DNA from: Promethearchaeota archaeon
GTDB taxonomy: Archaea; Asgardarchaeota; Heimdallarchaeia; Hodarchaeales; Hodarchaeaceae
DNA length: 64,000 bases
Reading direction: 5' to 3'
Assembly (NCBI GenBank): GCA_048938105.1
Contig: JBHLMN010000005.1
Location: 1 to 64,000 of the forward strand
In this document: positions 61,062 to 64,000 of the stretch, piece after piece
How the letters are laid out: each line of letters begins with the position of its first letter
How positions within the stretch are numbered: the stretch's first letter is position 1
Position numbers and translations under genes: made by a program
The notes under the pieces: model-generated
Databases searched by the model: none
The model's input: the letters and a program-made list of their open reading frames with translations, nothing else
What the model was told of the DNA's origin: nothing

Positions 61062-61292
61062 TGATTTTTGCTATTCCCCAGTCTTTAAAAAAATAATTTC
61101 CATTCTTAGGATCGACACCTTTTAGAAAGCTACAAAAGATATGAGTGGTATTAAAAAAACACTGTGTAAGAATCCGAAAGTCTCTCCCAATCATTGTTTA
61201 AGTATGGCTTTATCTTGACATAACAATAAAAGAGACTTATATCATTAGTCGTATTACATTTAGAAATATATACCTCATAGAGGCACAAATTT

Positions 61293-62141
61293 ATGGACAT
61301 AAGACATCTATGGCGAGGAAAATCTCGCGGAGTAACACCAGTTGTTGCCACAGTTCTTTTGATCGGTTTGGTGGCGATTGCAGGCATTGCAATCGCTTTG
61401 GTGATATTTGGGACGATAAACTCACCTCCACCGATTGAAGTAAGAATTCTCTCTATTTCTGATTTTGAGACAACAGACACCAATACCTTAATCGACCAGT
61501 TTTCTGTGACCCTTCATAACGTAGAACGTACCAACCTACGTTTAGAAGTTGATTCTTTTACATTGGAGTATAAGAATGGTACAATGATACCTGGATGGGG
61601 TATGGATCCTAAACAATCCGAAATATACCTATCTGCTAGAACAATAGAAACAATTCCTCTGATATGTGATCCAATCGCGGGTATTGAATTACCTCCAGAC
61701 CAAGACGCAATTTATATCGAAGTCACAGTTTTCCCTAAAGATAGTACCAGTCAGCGATCTGCAAGAACATTTCGTTCGAATTTACTTCTAATTGGGAGTA
61801 CACATGGTCCCATATTCTTGGAATACCAAGCTACAACTCTGAATCTGGTTGATACTGGATTGAAAATTAATTTTATAACAATCAATAATGGAAGCAAAGA
61901 TCAAAGTTTCAAACTTGAGCTCTATACCAATTCTCCTGAAAACATTACTTTTACAATAGGTAATATTAACCGTACTACGGTATTATTTTCGATCGCGGGT
62001 TACAACACCACAACTATAAACGTTACTGTCTTCCCGACTGATCGTGTTACTGTTGGTGACTCATATATTGTTGTAGCTTTCCTCTGGAGGCAATCTGATC
62101 TGCAGTTAGTTTCCTCTGTGAGTTTTGTTTTGACTTACTAA
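61293..62141 (+). CDS. Archaeal type IV pilin-like protein (class III signal peptide)
   Basis: KSRG/VTPVVATVLLIGLVAIAGIAIALVIFG prepilin cleavage motif. Confidence 0.85.
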   Translation: MDIRHLWRGKSRGVTPVVATVLLIGLVAIAGIAIALVIFGTINSPPPIEVRILSISDFETTDTNTLIDQFSVTLHNVERTNLRLEVDSFTLEYKNGTMIPGWGMDPKQSEIYLSARTIETIPLICDPIAGIELPPDQDAIYIEVTVFPKDSTSQRSARTFRSNLLLIGSTHGPIFLEYQATTLNLVDTGLKINFITINNGSKDQSFKLELYTNSPENITFTIGNINRTTVLFSIAGYNTTTINVTVFPTDRVTVGDSYIVVAFLWRQSDLQLVSSVSFVLTY

Positions 62142-62298
62142 GATATTACCTTTTACTCAAGTAGTTTCTTCAAGAGATTATATTAAGGAAATCCTACTTT
62201 TAGACTAATTTCTTTCTTGTTGTAACCTTTTTTAACCTTAGAATTACAAATTATTAAGTGAAACATCAAATTGAGGTAATTATTGTCTTTAAATTACT

Positions 62299-64000
62299 CT
62301 AATTTTTCATTTCTTCTTCTAAAATAGCATCAATTCTTTTTATTAAGTCAGGATTATGAGATTTATTAGCTGTTCTTAATTCCTGAGCTAATTCAAGTAA
62401 TCTGTTTTTTGATTTTGTGGATATTTTGAATGGATTTAGGATCAGTGTTTTCATCATCTCTTTTGGTTCTAATTTAAGTGTGTCGCCACCATAACATCTT
62501 CCAGCATTTCTTAAGGAGGTAGTAGTGGTATTAGAATTAAAAATCACCCAAAAAAGTGTCAAAATTTCTTCTGAGAGTTTCTTCTTCATTTTAGGATAAA
62601 TCATAAGAAAAGTATTCAATGGCCTAATTTGTGCTTCATTCAGGATGAATCTCGGTTTTCCACGGCTTAAATAAGTATATAAAAAATATGGAATGGCTCT
62701 TTCTTCAGTTTTGTACCAAAACTTTCTTGTCTTAACTAAGCTACCTTTATGAACATCCTGTTTTAGTCCAAATTTAATGTAATTTTGAAGATCTTGGTCT
62801 TGAATGCTTTTTATTTCTTGTTGGATGTAAAGTAACCAAACCTTTCTATTTTCCTTCTTTAAAAAATTAAAATCTTCCTTTGAAAAGATATATTTTTGGA
62901 CGTAGCGTGTTTTAGTTAAAGTTGGAACAACATACTCAGGCTTAATCTTATGATTCGTTAATTCTTCATTAGTAAATGTAAAAAAATTATTGTTTCCTGT
63001 AGCAATACCTCGCATAACCTTGAAAAAAGATGAAAATTCAACGAGTTTATCATTTCTTTCATAATCTGAGAACGCTTCTGTTCCAGTCCAATTCCGTTCA
63101 GGGTCAAGTTCTGTCTGTTTTTTACTGTGTAATTCTCCATCTGACCATTCAAAGACCTCATTACTTTCAATTTTGAGATAATTCAGAATTTTTTCCTTTG
63201 AGGTCCATTCCTTCAGTATCAAAAGTTTTGTTACATCTGTTTCTTGTGGTTTCTTTCCTTCAATTGTGAAAATACACCCAGCAGTATCAACACCAGGGAA
63301 TACATTTAACGAATGATGAAAAACAATTATATAGGGAATCCTATATCTTTTCTTTAAGATTTTTTTCAAATAATAACTGTTTCGCGACTCAAAAATTATT
63401 GTTGGAGTAATAAACACCATTCGACCATTTTTAATTAAAAGTTTCAAAGATTTAAGGATAAAGTACATGAATAAACTGGAAATTCTATTGAATTTTCCTC
63501 CAAAGTAATTTTCAATTTCATTTCCTATCTCCTCCTTAATTTTTGGAGAGATTACATGATGACGAGAATAGGGAGGATTACACACAATACAATCAAATCC
63601 ATTTAATTTAGATTCTAGATAGGAATCAAGGCCTGAGTTCAAGGCCGAAACATCGTTGATACTATGATTGAAGCTATTTACAGGCTTTGTGAGAAAATCA
63701 CCTTGGATAATTTCTACATCATAGTGTGAATTGTACAAATTAACCTTACATATTTCATATAACAAAGGATGAAGTTCTACCCCAGTTATTTTCCCACGAA
63801 ACTCAGATGATATAGTTTGAAGAGCGTGAATAAAGGTACCTGGCCCGATACATGGATCTAGAATGTTTCGTGGATTGTTTTTTAGTGATAATTCAACCAT
63901 AAATTCTGCTATTTGATTTGGAGTCCAAAATTGCCCTAGTTTTCGCCTATACTTTTGATCTAAAACCTCTAAATATATAGATGACATTAATTCTTGTGAG
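62299..64000 (-). CDS. N6-adenine DNA methyltransferase (Eco57I/TaqI-like gamma class), probably 5'-truncated by the window
   Basis: LGQFWTP, ILDPCIGPG, CNPPY, RGIATG; the frame stays open upstream of ATG 63987 to the window edge. Confidence 0.85.
   Translation of the reverse strand, partial: SQELMSSIYLEVLDQKYRRKLGQFWTPNQIAEFMVELSLKNNPRNILDPCIGPGTFIHALQTISSEFRGKITGVELHPLLYEICKVNLYNSHYDVEIIQGDFLTKPVNSFNHSINDVSALNSGLDSYLESKLNGFDCIVCNPPYSRHHVISPKIKEEIGNEIENYFGGKFNRISSLFMYFILKSLKLLIKNGRMVFITPTIIFESRNSYYLKKILKKRYRIPYIIVFHHSLNVFPGVDTAGCIFTIEGKKPQETDVTKLLILKEWTSKEKILNYLKIESNEVFEWSDGELHSKKQTELDPERNWTGTEAFSDYERNDKLVEFSSFFKVMRGIATGNNNFFTFTNEELTNHKIKPEYVVPTLTKTRYVQKYIFSKEDFNFLKKENRKVWLLYIQQEIKSIQDQDLQNYIKFGLKQDVHKGSLVKTRKFWYKTEERAIPYFLYTYLSRGKPRFILNEAQIRPLNTFLMIYPKMKKKLSEEILTLFWVIFNSNTTTTSLRNAGRCYGGDTLKLEPKEMMKTLILNPFKISTKSKNRLLELAQELRTANKSHNPDLIKRIDAILEEEMKN

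Noticed and set aside
530-63170. Other short overlapping or antisense ORFs in the track (e.g. 530..751, 2290..2571, 14133..14438, 57927..58274, 61151..61483)
   Set aside because: They lie within or opposite better-supported genes and have no recognisable motifs.
1-64000. CRISPR arrays, tRNA/rRNA genes, IS elements, integrases
   Set aside because: No regularly spaced repeats, GC-rich structured RNA blocks or transposase/integrase motifs were seen by eye; tRNAscan-SE and Infernal would be needed to exclude small RNAs.

Overview
AT-rich archaeal chromosomal window. The gene content points to an Asgard archaeon, probably Heimdallarchaeia/Hodarchaeales-like (inference): Arf/Sar1-like and Rab-like small GTPases, longin-like domains, a single-domain KaiC, tungsten AOR, a class III pilin and CTERM-anchored surface proteins. 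In order it holds: an NDP-sugar/phosphomutase pair; a GTPase/KaiC/LplA block; an unannotated decayed archaeosortase/exosortase gene; asnS; an Opp/Dpp peptide importer with two tandem, circularly permuted binding proteins; a five-gene amino-acid metabolism operon led by an unknown conserved protein; cysS; a MacB/FtsX-type ABC locus; a TlpA/CcdA pair; a PadR-regulated heterodimeric ABC exporter; a frameshifted S41 peptidase; and a cluster of adenine methyltransferases with no visible nuclease. The best candidate for an undescribed system is 35763-44479. There, a shared 15-bp palindrome (GTRYAC-AST-GTRYAC) links a ribbon-helix-helix regulator/7TM pair to an operon encoding an Ig-like CTERM surface protein, an ABC ATPase fused to a longin/DENN-like domain, an FtsX permease and a second ATPase. 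No rRNA, tRNA, CRISPR array or IS element was seen. All family calls are from motif recognition by eye, not database searches.
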